A DNA stretch of 46,316 bases from an uncultured Lachnospiraceae bacterium (GCA_947177515.1 CAMWUU010000001.1:1-46316), one strand, 5' to 3'; shown: positions 9,861-19,234, counted from the stretch's first letter. Numbers and translations: made by a program. The notes: generated from the sequence alone by a model not told the origin.

Positions 9861-9992
9861 TATTATGGTTAAAAATTAAAGTGACACTAAAATCAAGAAA
9901 CATTTAAAAACGGGTCAAATGTTCAGAGGATAACAGTTAATTGTGTCTTTTTTACGTCCATACCGGATTGCGTATTGGAATCGAATCTGTGT

Positions 9993-10020
9993 TTGACAAA
10001 TAAAAAAGAAGGAGTATCGT
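9993..10020 (+). promoter_or_regulatory. Sigma-A-like promoter module, copy 1 (TTGACA-16-TATCGT)
   Basis: TTGACA at 9993-9998 and TATCGT at 10015-10020. The whole module TTTGACAAATAA..AAGGAG.AGTAT recurs 211 bp downstream. Confidence 0.35.
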
Positions 10021-10203
10021 ATCAACAAGCTAATCCCGTGTGTCCTGTGGTTTTACAGAAAGCGGACAGGAAAAAATGGAGAAACTCAAAGTTAAATGGT
10101 TCCACGGTGTTGTACAGTTAGTAAGCTGGATATTGACATAAGTCCGTAACATAATTATTGCAGAAATATTGCAAGTTGTAATAAATTGTAATACAATCGT
10201 CAT

Positions 10204-10232
10204 TTGACAAATAAGGAAAGGAGCAGTATTAT
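10204..10232 (+). promoter_or_regulatory. Sigma-A-like promoter module, copy 2 (TTGACA-17-TATTAT) for the lipoprotein operon
   Basis: TTGACA at 10204-10209 and TATTAT at 10227-10232. Preceded by phased direct repeats ATTGCA x2 (10157, 10168) and TTGTAATA x2 (10176, 10186). Confidence 0.5.
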
Positions 10233-10307
10233 GATAATAGAGATATGTCTAACACGGTGAGCCTAAATGTGGGATATCGTGGAATATTTTATGGAGGAGG
10301 ATGCAGA

Positions 10308-12797
10308 ATGGGAAGCAGTTGTAGGAAAAGGGGAAAAGGGTATTTGGTGCTGGGGGTTGGAACCATATTATTGTCCGGCGCGCTTATGTTTTGCGCCTGT
10401 GGGAAGCAGGAGCAGGGGGAAAGCAATACAGGATTACAGCAGGGCGATTTGGGGGAGAGTGGAGAGAATTTGTCAGGAAGTAATATGGGGATGGACGGGA
10501 GTATAAAGGATGGCACAGGGGACAATATGGCGGGTGTGACGCAGCCGTTGGACAAAGAGGATGAAGTGATTACGGCTAATGGAGTGGGGAAAGAAGAAAT
10601 CAGTGAGGGCGGTATGAACTTGCTGCAAAAGTTGGAAAAGCGGTATGAGTGGACACGCGAGGGCAGCTTTATCCTGGATGGTTTTGACGAGGAGGAAAAA
10701 GCCGTGGCTAAGCAGGTGCAGGAAGTATCCGGTAAGACAGCATGCTGGATGATACGGCGGGATTTTGATGGTGACGGGCGCAAGGAAGCTTTTGTTTATG
10801 CCAGTGACCTGGAAAAAGAGGATGGACTGGAACTGTGGTTTGCGGCAGCAGATGGTACAGTGGGGCAGCTTAATGGTCTGGAAGAAGCAAATAACTTTGG
10901 GGATCATGGCTGTATCGAACTTCCGGGGATGATATTTTATGTATGCCGTATTGAGGGTGCGCACCGGACGAATTACTTTATGTACGAGGTGGACGGCAAT
11001 ATGGCAAAGCCAGCGCCAATCCATTGCCTTGATGGTGTGAAAGCGGCAGGGGATGGACGACTGTGCATCAGTGTGTACATGGATGACCAGTATTCGCGTA
11101 TTGGACATTATGGGGAAGAAGGTCTTATTTGTAAGACAATGAAAGATTACTATTATTTTTATGATAAAGATGGATTTCATGAGTACAGCGGCGTACCAGT
11201 TACAGAGGAGGAATTTAGCCAATATGAAAACGGATTTGAAATCCTTAGTGCAATAAGAAAAAGTGGTGGAATTGTTAAAGATATTTATTATTTTGCGGAT
11301 GGAAGAATGATTGTTAATTATATAGGGGGCGAGGATGCGGAAACAGAACTGATGAAAAACATTAAAAATAATCATTATCTCCAGGTTCCGATTCTTTCTG
11401 CAGGGGAAGATGGTTTTGTTCTTGCCTGGGAATCTTCCGATATCCGTTTGATGCAGCAGCAACAGTATGAAGGGGAAAGGGGGGAGCATGATCTTTTCGT
11501 GGGCGATGGGATATATCGGCCATTTAACCAGGAAGAACTTGCGCAGTATCCGGTTTACCAGTCCCCATTTGAATATTATAAGGAAGCATATTCTGGGATG
11601 ACGAAGGAGGATTTAAAAATCTGCACCATAAAGAACCTGGATGTACCAGAACCGGAGCAGAATAAGATTCTGGCAACCGGGGCGGATCTTTCGGGAATCA
11701 GCCGCCGCAATCTGCTGTTTCGTTTTAACGAGGAATTTCAGGAAGCGGTTATAGGTGAGGAAAATTCTGGAAATTATGCGGGTGCTCTGCTCGGGCTTGC
11801 ACCGTATGAAAAATCACTTGGTATATGGATTGGTGATACCCTTATTCTAAAGGGAGCTTTGCAGGATTATCTTAGCAGCGGTACCATTGGATTTTGTGCG
11901 GTGAGTACGGATAGCAGGGGGGAGTCTTCTATCTATGCGGACTGCCTGGTTTTTTCTGATAATGTAGATGCAAGGAGGGCAGGAATATTTACTGTGGGAG
12001 CGGCGGTGAAAATCCATGCGTTCGCTGAGGCGGTGGGACTTGTAAAAGAGGACTATGCAGAGCGGATTTTGACTGTGGGTACATACCAAAAGGAACAGGA
12101 ATACCTGGTCGATTTAAACGGGGATCAGGTGGAGGAGAGTTTGTTTGTCGGACAAAACCTGCTGCTTGTGAACGGAGAAAATTACAGTGGATTTTTGGAT
12201 GGGTGTGAGGAGCCGGATATGAATTCCTTCTATATCTGGGATATTGATCAGTCAGATGGGATACTCGAACTTGGGATCTTGGATCATGGGGCAAATGGAA
12301 ATGAATTTACCTGGTTATTCTGGTATGACGGGGAAACCCTGCACAGCGCGGGAAGTGTGGAAGGAGCGTGGGATGAACAGGGGAGATGGATTGCGATGGA
12401 TGGGAAGGGAACGCTTGTAACGAACGGCCGCCTGTCCGTTCTCCAGACATGGAGTGCAAAAAAGACATTCTGTCTGGATGGGACACACAACCTTGTAGAA
12501 CAGGAACCTCTATTGTATTATCCGGTATCTAGCAGTGAGGAGAAGTATCCATACACCCTGCTTGGTCCAGTGCGTTTGTACGAGGCGATGGATGTCACTT
12601 CGGATTCCGTGGTAATTAAGGAAGGAGTAAAGATTACATTCCCTGCAACGGACAATAAGCAGTTTGTGATGGTTGAAACGGAGGACGGCGTACAGGGGTA
12701 TTTGTATTTGGAGAACGGGACGAGGATAGAGATGCCGGAGGGCGGATATTATGAGTGGAGTTCGGATGTGATTGAGGGGTTGAATCATGCGGGATGA
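10308..12797 (+). CDS. Large lipoprotein of unknown function, paralog A (DxDxDG / FG-GAP-like loops)
   Basis: ORF track 10245..12797. ATG 10308 follows GGAGGAGG. Signal peptide ends in a lipobox-like LMFCAC, followed by a G/E/S-rich linker. Loops DFDGDGRKE, DLNGDQVEE and DIDQSDGILE. Long blocks of identity to the next gene. Confidence 0.7.
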   Translation: MGSSCRKRGKGYLVLGVGTILLSGALMFCACGKQEQGESNTGLQQGDLGESGENLSGSNMGMDGSIKDGTGDNMAGVTQPLDKEDEVITANGVGKEEISEGGMNLLQKLEKRYEWTREGSFILDGFDEEEKAVAKQVQEVSGKTACWMIRRDFDGDGRKEAFVYASDLEKEDGLELWFAAADGTVGQLNGLEEANNFGDHGCIELPGMIFYVCRIEGAHRTNYFMYEVDGNMAKPAPIHCLDGVKAAGDGRLCISVYMDDQYSRIGHYGEEGLICKTMKDYYYFYDKDGFHEYSGVPVTEEEFSQYENGFEILSAIRKSGGIVKDIYYFADGRMIVNYIGGEDAETELMKNIKNNHYLQVPILSAGEDGFVLAWESSDIRLMQQQQYEGERGEHDLFVGDGIYRPFNQEELAQYPVYQSPFEYYKEAYSGMTKEDLKICTIKNLDVPEPEQNKILATGADLSGISRRNLLFRFNEEFQEAVIGEENSGNYAGALLGLAPYEKSLGIWIGDTLILKGALQDYLSSGTIGFCAVSTDSRGESSIYADCLVFSDNVDARRAGIFTVGAAVKIHAFAEAVGLVKEDYAERILTVGTYQKEQEYLVDLNGDQVEESLFVGQNLLLVNGENYSGFLDGCEEPDMNSFYIWDIDQSDGILELGILDHGANGNEFTWLFWYDGETLHSAGSVEGAWDEQGRWIAMDGKGTLVTNGRLSVLQTWSAKKTFCLDGTHNLVEQEPLLYYPVSSSEEKYPYTLLGPVRLYEAMDVTSDSVVIKEGVKITFPATDNKQFVMVETEDGVQGYLYLENGTRIEMPEGGYYEWSSDVIEGLNHAG

Positions 12798-15312
12798 TGG
12801 GAAAAAATATTTCGTGGCAGTTAATAAAATAATATTTCTTATTGGTATATTATTTTGTGGGGCATGTGCGAAGAAGGATACGAATATCAGTAATGAAACA
12901 GTGCGGGCAGTGGATGCTGCCCGCACTGCTGTGACCCAACTTTCAATTACCGCATCGGCTGCCCTAAAAACAGTTGAGAAGGAGTCGTACGAAGTTACAA
13001 AAGAAAAGAAACAAGTGGAGGAGAAGAGGCAGAGAATCGCGGAATTACTGGGGGTGTTTGGTGAAACGGAGCGGAAAAATATTGAGGAATATATTGCGTT
13101 TGATGCGATAGGAGAAGGCGGTGCAAATGACCTGGATCAGCTTATTATATGGAAAAAATCAGAAATGGACGGCACCTTTATTGCGGATGGTTTCGGAAAA
13201 GAGGATCAGGTAATTGCAAAGAAGTTAGCAGAAAAGACCGGAAAAATCCCCTGCTGGATTAATAGGGGGGATTTTGACGGGGATGGGAGAACGGAATTTT
13301 TTGTCTGCCTTTTTGACTTAAAAGATGACAAAGTGACGGTATGGGATGATAAAGAAATCTGGTTTGCAGCAGCGGATGGGACATTGCAGATGCTTGAGGA
13401 AGGAGTTAATTTTGGTGATATAAAATGTCTAAAAGTGCCAGGGCAGATATATTTTAAATGCAAAATTTTTTCAGACTCGTATGGTAATACCTGTTTGTAT
13501 CAAGTGGAGGGGAGTTTTGCCAAGCGGGTGGAGTTTGATTGCCGTTATGGGTTGGAGCTTTTGGAGGATGGAAGAATCCGTGTAACTTGCCGCGAAAGCG
13601 ATAGGTATTCGTTGCTGGGGCATTATGGGGAGCTTATTGAAAGCGATCCGGTTTTTATGACATATAAGCATTATTACTATTATCATGATGAAAAAGGGTT
13701 TCACGAATACAGCGGAGTCCCGGTTACAACAGAAGAGTTCTGCCAGTATGACAATGGGGAGGCAATTCTTCAGATGCTGCGGGAAAAATATATGGAAGTA
13801 AAGAATATTTATTATTATGCAGATAGAAGAATGATAGTAAATTTTACTGAAGGAAATATCGGTTATGAGGGGAGGCCATGCAACAACTATTACTTGCAGG
13901 TACCGATTCTTTCTGAGGGGGAAGAGGGATTTGTTTTGGAATGGGATAAATCTTATGATCTCTGGGAATTAATAGAGAGGGAAGAGATGTTGGGGTATGA
14001 CCTTTTTGTTTCGAACGGGATTTATCAACAAAGTTATATGCCGGAATTTGCGCAGTTTCCGGAATTTCAATCGCCGCTTACATATTATAAAGAGAAATAT
14101 AGAAATGTTACAAAAGAGTCGTTAAAACTATGTACTTTACAGAAAGAGGAACCGGATGGGACAAAAAAGGAGAAGGATTTTTGGCAGCAGGGCGAAGTTT
14201 TGGTGGATGGAAAGGAACTTGCCCAAATTGACGGGGATGGGCGGGTGCTTCGGTTTGATAAGAATTATGATACGGGCGCTCTGCTTGGGAAGGCTGACAG
14301 GGTCAGTTCTGTCGGGATATGGATTGATGGGGAGTATATTTGCAGCGGCGTTTTGCAGAAGGGGGCAAAAGAAGGCGAAAAGGAAGCAGATTGTTTTCTG
14401 GCAATCGGAAAAAACAGCAGTGGTGCTGCCTATCAAAACTGCCTGATTTACAGGAAAGGAGAGCAGGGGGAAGCAGGGAGCGGCAGCGAGGGAGTACAGG
14501 TAAGACTTCGCGCGTTTGCAGAAATAACTGGTTTGTGGAACGAGGAAACCGAAAAGATCTGCGCTATCGGGGAGTATGAAGCCGGAAAAAATTATCGGAT
14601 TGACTTAAACGGCAACGGGATTGATGATATTCTGTATTTTGGGGAGGGTTCCCTTTGGATTAATGGGAAAAATTTCCAGAATGAAATAGAGAATAGGGCT
14701 GGGATAAAGACCGAAGCTTTTATCCTGTGCGATATCGATACAGGGGATGGGATCTGGGAGATCGGATTGTGGGAGCCGGATTCCGGGCCGGAGGGGCGCA
14801 CCGGGCTTTACTGGTATGATGGGGAGTGCCTGCGCTTGGCCGGCAGCGTGGAAGGGCTGTGGACTAAGTGGGGAGAGGCGGTAAAATATTGTTATGACGG
14901 CGAAATCCGGGTAAAAAGCAGACTTCATATTTTGCAGGTCTGGTGGACAGAAAAAGTATTCCGGCTTAATGAGGAACATAAGATTAAGGAAGATGAGTGG
15001 GACGAGTGGTATTTCATGGAGGACTATAAGGAAGAACTATTTCCATATTGGGTGCTTGCGCCTATCCGTCTTTACACGGACTGGACATATTATGTTGGCG
15101 GAGAATCCATTGACTTTAAAGATTATGTAATTTTGCAGCCGGGAGAGAGATTCTTTACTGTAAGGACAAATGATAAAAATCTTATTACCATTGAAACAGA
15201 ACATGGACCTTATGGCGCTCTGTATCTTGTGGACGGAATGAAATTTGAAAAACCGGAGGGAGGATTTTATGAAAGACCAGCGGAAGTGATTGGCGGACTT
15301 CGTCTGGAATAA
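12787..15312 (+). CDS. Large lipoprotein of unknown function, paralog B
   Basis: Start overlaps the paralog A stop by 11 nt. Signal peptide with LFCGAC lipobox. Loops DFDGDGRTE, DLNGNGIDD and DIDTGDGIWE. Shared blocks such as WFAAADGT, GFHEYSGVPVT.EEF.QY.NG, YYLQVPILS.GE.GFVL.W and YL..G...E.PEGG.YE. Confidence 0.7.
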   Translation: MRDDGKKYFVAVNKIIFLIGILFCGACAKKDTNISNETVRAVDAARTAVTQLSITASAALKTVEKESYEVTKEKKQVEEKRQRIAELLGVFGETERKNIEEYIAFDAIGEGGANDLDQLIIWKKSEMDGTFIADGFGKEDQVIAKKLAEKTGKIPCWINRGDFDGDGRTEFFVCLFDLKDDKVTVWDDKEIWFAAADGTLQMLEEGVNFGDIKCLKVPGQIYFKCKIFSDSYGNTCLYQVEGSFAKRVEFDCRYGLELLEDGRIRVTCRESDRYSLLGHYGELIESDPVFMTYKHYYYYHDEKGFHEYSGVPVTTEEFCQYDNGEAILQMLREKYMEVKNIYYYADRRMIVNFTEGNIGYEGRPCNNYYLQVPILSEGEEGFVLEWDKSYDLWELIEREEMLGYDLFVSNGIYQQSYMPEFAQFPEFQSPLTYYKEKYRNVTKESLKLCTLQKEEPDGTKKEKDFWQQGEVLVDGKELAQIDGDGRVLRFDKNYDTGALLGKADRVSSVGIWIDGEYICSGVLQKGAKEGEKEADCFLAIGKNSSGAAYQNCLIYRKGEQGEAGSGSEGVQVRLRAFAEITGLWNEETEKICAIGEYEAGKNYRIDLNGNGIDDILYFGEGSLWINGKNFQNEIENRAGIKTEAFILCDIDTGDGIWEIGLWEPDSGPEGRTGLYWYDGECLRLAGSVEGLWTKWGEAVKYCYDGEIRVKSRLHILQVWWTEKVFRLNEEHKIKEDEWDEWYFMEDYKEELFPYWVLAPIRLYTDWTYYVGGESIDFKDYVILQPGERFFTVRTNDKNLITIETEHGPYGALYLVDGMKFEKPEGGFYERPAEVIGGLRLE

Positions 15313-15375
15313 TTGGAAAGGGGAGATGGGCGGGAAAGCAGGGTACTGTATATTTTATGTAAGGTAATAAAATAG

Positions 15376-15430
15376 AAAACTGTCGCAGATGTTGTTGATA
15401 CTACATAAAGCGGCAGTTTTATTTTTTTTT
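15376..15430 (+). terminator. Rho-independent terminator after the lipoprotein pair
   Basis: AAAACTGTCGC / GCGGCAGTTTT stem (one G-U) followed by a 10-nt T-run. Confidence 0.75.
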
Positions 15431-15490
15431 GCTATTTGTGCAACCAATCCATAAGGTTTCCTGTTTATATCAGTGAAGGGGGGTGAATGT

Positions 15491-16033
15491 TTGGAAGATG
15501 AAGAAATCGTTGCGCTGCTTTTAAGCAGGGACGAGCGGGGGATTGACGAGCTTGGAAAAAAGTATGGGGGGCGTTTATTGCAGTTGGCAGAACGGATTCT
15601 TCCGGCACCGGATGCTGCAGAATGTATTAACGATACATATCTTGCCGTATGGGAAAGTATCCCGCCACGTTCCCCCCAGTACCTGTTTGCCTACACCGCC
15701 AAAATATGCCGGAACCTGGCTTTAAACCGCGTGGAGTGGAACCAGGCTGCTAAACGGAATGCAGTATTTGTAGAATTGTCCGAGGAACTTGGCCATACTG
15801 TGCCAGATTTATCCGACGGAATTAGCAGACAGGAACTGGCAAAGGCGATCGCGGATTTTCTGAACAGGCAGACAAAAGAGCAGCGGGAAATGTTTGTTAG
15901 GCGTTACTGGTACGGCGAAACAGTAAAGGAACTGGCGCAGGAGTTTTGCTGTCGGCAGGGAAGGGTAAAAAGTATTTTGTTCCGGCTTAGAAAGGGGCTT
16001 AGGAAGGAATTGGAAAAGGAGGGAATTGTATGA
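15491..16033 (+). CDS. ECF-type RNA polymerase sigma-70 family factor
   Basis: Region 2 (DTYLAVWESIPP) and region 4 HTH (ETVKELAQEFCCRQGRVKSILFRLRKGL). ORF track start is GTG 15473. TTG 15491 sits 6 nt after GAAGGGGGG. Confidence 0.85.
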   Translation: MEDEEIVALLLSRDERGIDELGKKYGGRLLQLAERILPAPDAAECINDTYLAVWESIPPRSPQYLFAYTAKICRNLALNRVEWNQAAKRNAVFVELSEELGHTVPDLSDGISRQELAKAIADFLNRQTKEQREMFVRRYWYGETVKELAQEFCCRQGRVKSILFRLRKGLRKELEKEGIV

Positions 16034-16953
16034 AGCTGAAAATGTTAAAAAATGGAAATTATTGCAAGGGGGAAAAACAGCATTCCGGTCGCGAAATTTT
16101 GATGGCAATGGGGTTTTTTGAGGAAGATTTGGTGCAAACCCAGGTAAATACTGGGGGGGAAAAACAGCATGGCATGAAAAAAAGTTTGGTCAGAAAAGTC
16201 AAATGGGCGGTGGCTGCTGCCTGTTCGCTCTGCCTGATAGGGGGAGGTGTTGTGTTTGCGGCATCCCGGCTTAAATGGCATGTCGAAAAGTATGTGGATA
16301 CAAATGACCCGCAGCCGGATTATTCTAGGTACTGGGTGGATTTTTCGATAACACCGGTTCCGGTGGATATGATTCAGGGATCCGTGCGGGAAGTGGAGAA
16401 TATTTTTAAAGAGGAAGCGGCAAACGGGATTTACCCGCCGGATGGCTGTCCGCGCGGTTTTGTGATGGAGGAATTTGAAACGGAGCGGGAAGCGATTGAT
16501 TATATTGGCTATGAGGGACTCAGGGAAACGATGCTGCCGGATTGGAAGAACTGGCATAGTCAGTTGGTAGCATACGGGGATAAGGAAGGAAATCTGATTC
16601 AAGTGCGGTATAGCAATTCTTATAAGGTGGGGGAGAAGATACAGGTGCAGACAAATGTTGAGATTTTTACAGAAAATTGGAGTTCAGAGATCAGAAGCGT
16701 TAAAATGCCGTTTGAGGACAGAGCAAGTATACAGGGAAAAGAATATATCACAAAAAACGGAAAAACGGGTTTGCTGATGGTTTCGGATTCAGATTACCAG
16801 TCCGATATTTGCTGCCAAATGGAGGGCTTTATACTGGAAGACAATATAGTGTATTCTATATGGGTTGATTTTAATGGGTCACTTGATGAGAAGAGTGGTG
16901 TGGCAGAGGAAGCTGTGACAAAGGTAATGCATGACTGGATGGATCAATTCTAA
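16030..16953 (+). CDS. Putative anti-sigma factor / single-pass membrane protein
   Basis: ATGA overlap with the sigma gene. Short cytoplasmic N-terminus (REILMAMGFFEEDLV), one TM (WAVAAACSLCLIGGGVVFAA) and an extracytoplasmic domain of about 220 aa with no recognisable motif. No HxxxCxxC zinc anti-sigma motif. Confidence 0.5.
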   Translation: MKLKMLKNGNYCKGEKQHSGREILMAMGFFEEDLVQTQVNTGGEKQHGMKKSLVRKVKWAVAAACSLCLIGGGVVFAASRLKWHVEKYVDTNDPQPDYSRYWVDFSITPVPVDMIQGSVREVENIFKEEAANGIYPPDGCPRGFVMEEFETEREAIDYIGYEGLRETMLPDWKNWHSQLVAYGDKEGNLIQVRYSNSYKVGEKIQVQTNVEIFTENWSSEIRSVKMPFEDRASIQGKEYITKNGKTGLLMVSDSDYQSDICCQMEGFILEDNIVYSIWVDFNGSLDEKSGVAEEAVTKVMHDWMDQF

Positions 16954-17041
16954 GGGATGGGTGCAGGAAGTAAAGTTCGAAAAAGGATTCCTTATTGGTG
17001 CATTCAGGCTGGTCTGTAAAATGCAGGGGTATAGGTTTATG

Positions 17042-17079
17042 ATATGGCAGGGGAGGCAAATATGCTTCCCCTGCCATAT
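17042..17079. terminator. Strong hairpin between convergent anti-sigma and pectinesterase genes
   Basis: 13-bp perfect stem ATATGGCAGGGGA / TCCCCTGCCATAT with a 12-nt loop. A T-rich tract follows a few nt downstream. Confidence 0.6.
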
Positions 17080-17096
17080 TGCTTTGTTCTGCTTTT

Positions 17097-17999
17097 TTAC
17101 CGGAAATAACCGATAAGTTTTTCTTTTTCCTGTTCAGAAAGAAGTGCGCTCCAGGAAACTCTGCCCTCGTTTTTTGGAAATTCAGAAAAACGTGCCGTCT
17201 TATCGCGCGCCGTATCGTTCCATTTATCAAAACCCGTTTTCGCAATATGTGGGCCGTATATGCAATTAACAAAAGATGCCTTCCCGAAATCACGCCAGGG
17301 GCGTGCCAGAAAAACGGATTCGTCAGGGACATTTTGGTCGCATGTAAAACGGCAGTCTTGAAAGACAAAACCAATTTGCTGGGAAAGGGCATGTGCGGGA
17401 GCAGCGACATAGCCATATCCCCGCTCTTCGTAGAGGGATCGGATCTCGCAGTTTTGAAAAAGTGCATCCCCGCAGCCGAAGATAAAATCAACTGTGCCTG
17501 CAAGGAGGCAGTTAGCAAAATACTGTTTTTCAGCACCCTCTGCGCGCAGTTCATCCTTTAGGAATCCATTATAGCGCTCAATTAGGTCATCCGGGAGCGG
17601 TCCTAAAAAAACCGTATCCTGTGTGGAGAGGAAACGGCAATGTTCTGCGGAGAAATCATTAGCATAAACCGTTAATGCGACTTCCTGGCCTTTTGTTTTC
17701 GGGGAATGCGCATCATTTTCCACGGTAATATTTTTTAAACGTACATGGGGAGCCGTCACTGCCATTGTCCAGGTGCGGAAAGTATTGTATTCCACACAGT
17801 GCTGGTCAAGTTTTTTGGCGAAATCGTTATAGACTATTATCGTACTATCCGCACCTGCACCAATCAGTTCAATATCCGGAGTTGAAATTTGGACTTTCTC
17901 CCGGTAAATGCCTTCGGCAAGGAAGATTTTTGTGCCAGGTTTTGCGGCAGCCAAAATGTTTTGCAGGGAATCACTGGGTGTTGCATGTATTGTTTCCAT
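17097..17999 (-). CDS. Pectinesterase (pectin methylesterase, CE8), no signal peptide
   Basis: CE8 catalytic motifs GQEVAL, QDTVF and GTVDFIFG plus the RPWR region (LARPWRDFG). 300 aa. GGGAAAGGA RBS. Confidence 0.9.
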   Translation of the reverse strand: METIHATPSDSLQNILAAAKPGTKIFLAEGIYREKVQISTPDIELIGAGADSTIIVYNDFAKKLDQHCVEYNTFRTWTMAVTAPHVRLKNITVENDAHSPKTKGQEVALTVYANDFSAEHCRFLSTQDTVFLGPLPDDLIERYNGFLKDELRAEGAEKQYFANCLLAGTVDFIFGCGDALFQNCEIRSLYEERGYGYVAAPAHALSQQIGFVFQDCRFTCDQNVPDESVFLARPWRDFGKASFVNCIYGPHIAKTGFDKWNDTARDKTARFSEFPKNEGRVSWSALLSEQEKEKLIGYFR

Positions 18000-18477
18000 A
18001 AAATATTGTCCTTTCCCGATGCTGTTTTACCGCGGGTATCCTGCTTATAGAAGCATTTGTTTTCGGAAATATAAGTGTCTGGGGAGTTTTGACGGCAAAC
18101 GCAAACGGATATGTTTTTATATTGATTATAAACACAGTTACAATCTTTTTCAAGATTAAAACGTATAGGAAACGGCAAATTTATTTGTCATTTCCTATAA
18201 AATTTGCCTGATATTTTATATCCCATTCCGAAAGCGGGTCTGCTGCGCGTTCCTGATTCGGCATAAACTGCCCATTGAGCGGGGCTTATATCTGCAGGAA
18301 GACAGTGTTTGAATATGTTCCAGTACTAAAGCGGGTATCAAAATGGTATTTCTTAAAAAATCCGAAGTATGTCTGAAAAGCGTTCCAGATATACTTTATT
18401 TCATCAGGTCTTAACAGATTGTTTTTTAGATATTCATTGCAGAGTTAGAAATGCTTACAAAATATTTTGTAATGTGC

Positions 18478-18506
18478 TTGCAACTTAATGGAAATTATGG
18501 TAGAAT
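18478..18506 (+). promoter_or_regulatory. Sigma-A promoter with extended -10 for the transporter operon
   Basis: TTGCAA (18478-18483), 17-nt spacer, TGgTAGAAT (18498-18506). Confidence 0.55.
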
Positions 18507-18643
18507 ATTTTGTAAGTATCGCACAAAAAAATGAATTTTTAACATATTAGTTTGTAATTTTTGCCGGAGAAACGACAGCGAAAGGCATAATCAGCACTTC
18601 CACTGGGTCTGTCCGGTTTGACGGAAAGAAACAGGTGTTTTAC

Positions 18644-19234
18644 ATGAACAGGATAAGTTTTAAGCAATACAGGGCAATCGACCTTGGCATCATGGCAGTG
18701 CTTCTGTTTGTATCTGAGATGATAACGGCGACGGCGGCAATCAAATGGTTTCCCGGTGAATTATATACGCTCTCGCCCACCATCGCGGTGGTCTGCATTG
18801 TAATGATGCGCTGGGGGAGTTTTGCGGCGCTTAATGCGGCGGTGGGGGGGATGGCCTTTTGTATTGCGACAGGAGCCAGTGCAGCGCAGTTTGTGATGTA
18901 CTGCGTGGGTAACTGTCTGGCGCTTTTGGCTTTGTTTTTGTTTAAAGTAGGCGGGAAGGAAAAAGTAAGGGAAAATGCAGCCTTTACTGTGGTGTTTGTG
19001 GCAGTGGCCTATGCCAGCGCGCAGGTTGGCAGGTGGATATTGGGGCTTTTTTTCGGGGGAAGTTTTGATTCTGTGGTTATATTTTTCACAACGGATTCGC
19101 TCTCGCTGTTATTTGCGGTGGTTGTGGTACTGATTTCGCGCCGGGTGGATGGGCTGTTTGAAGATCAGAGGGAATATCTTATCCGCACAGAGGATGAGAG
19201 AGCCAGGGAAAGAAATAAGAGCTATTATGATTGA
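18644..19234 (+). CDS. Polytopic membrane protein of unknown function (about 5 TM)
   Basis: ORF track 18635 (GTG), with ATG at 18644. Hydrophobic segments throughout and a charged C-terminal tail. First gene of the transporter operon. Confidence 0.55.
   Translation: MNRISFKQYRAIDLGIMAVLLFVSEMITATAAIKWFPGELYTLSPTIAVVCIVMMRWGSFAALNAAVGGMAFCIATGASAAQFVMYCVGNCLALLALFLFKVGGKEKVRENAAFTVVFVAVAYASAQVGRWILGLFFGGSFDSVVIFFTTDSLSLLFAVVVVLISRRVDGLFEDQREYLIRTEDERARERNKSYYD

Noticed and set aside
9884-9955. Possible terminator after GH31: GACAC...GTGTC followed by TTTTTT, with an inner AACATTT/AAATGTT stem.
   Set aside because: The outer stem is only 5 bp across a loop of about 55 nt. It is plausible as a compound structure but too weak to list as a feature.
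10473-11489. 338-aa minus-strand ORF, one of the longest in the track.
   Set aside because: It lies entirely antisense to the well-supported lipoprotein gene, whose paralog conserves the plus-strand frame. It has no RBS and a low-complexity, Ile/Phe/His-rich product. It is an antisense shadow ORF.
16871-17561. ORFs 16871..17554 (-) and 17079..17561 (+) overlap the pectinesterase region.
   Set aside because: The 17097..17999 minus-strand frame carries the CE8 catalytic motifs. The others are alternative-frame or antisense artefacts.
18230-18420. Minus-strand open segment reading ...IKYIWNAFQTYFGFFKKYHFDTRFSTGTY, superficially like the C-terminal HTH of AraC-family regulators. It might be a remnant of the YesN-type regulator usually linked to lplABC-like loci.
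   Set aside because: It has only about 45 codons, no start, and a stop immediately upstream. The spacing of the YF..FKK motif is off by one relative to the AraC consensus. This is too weak to call.
18513-18634. A leader of about 130 nt upstream of the first transporter-operon gene, with a possible long-range GCCGGA...TCCGGT helix. Considered as a riboswitch.
   Set aside because: No match by eye to any riboswitch core I know (TPP, THF, preQ1, FMN, SAM, purine). One short helix is not evidence.
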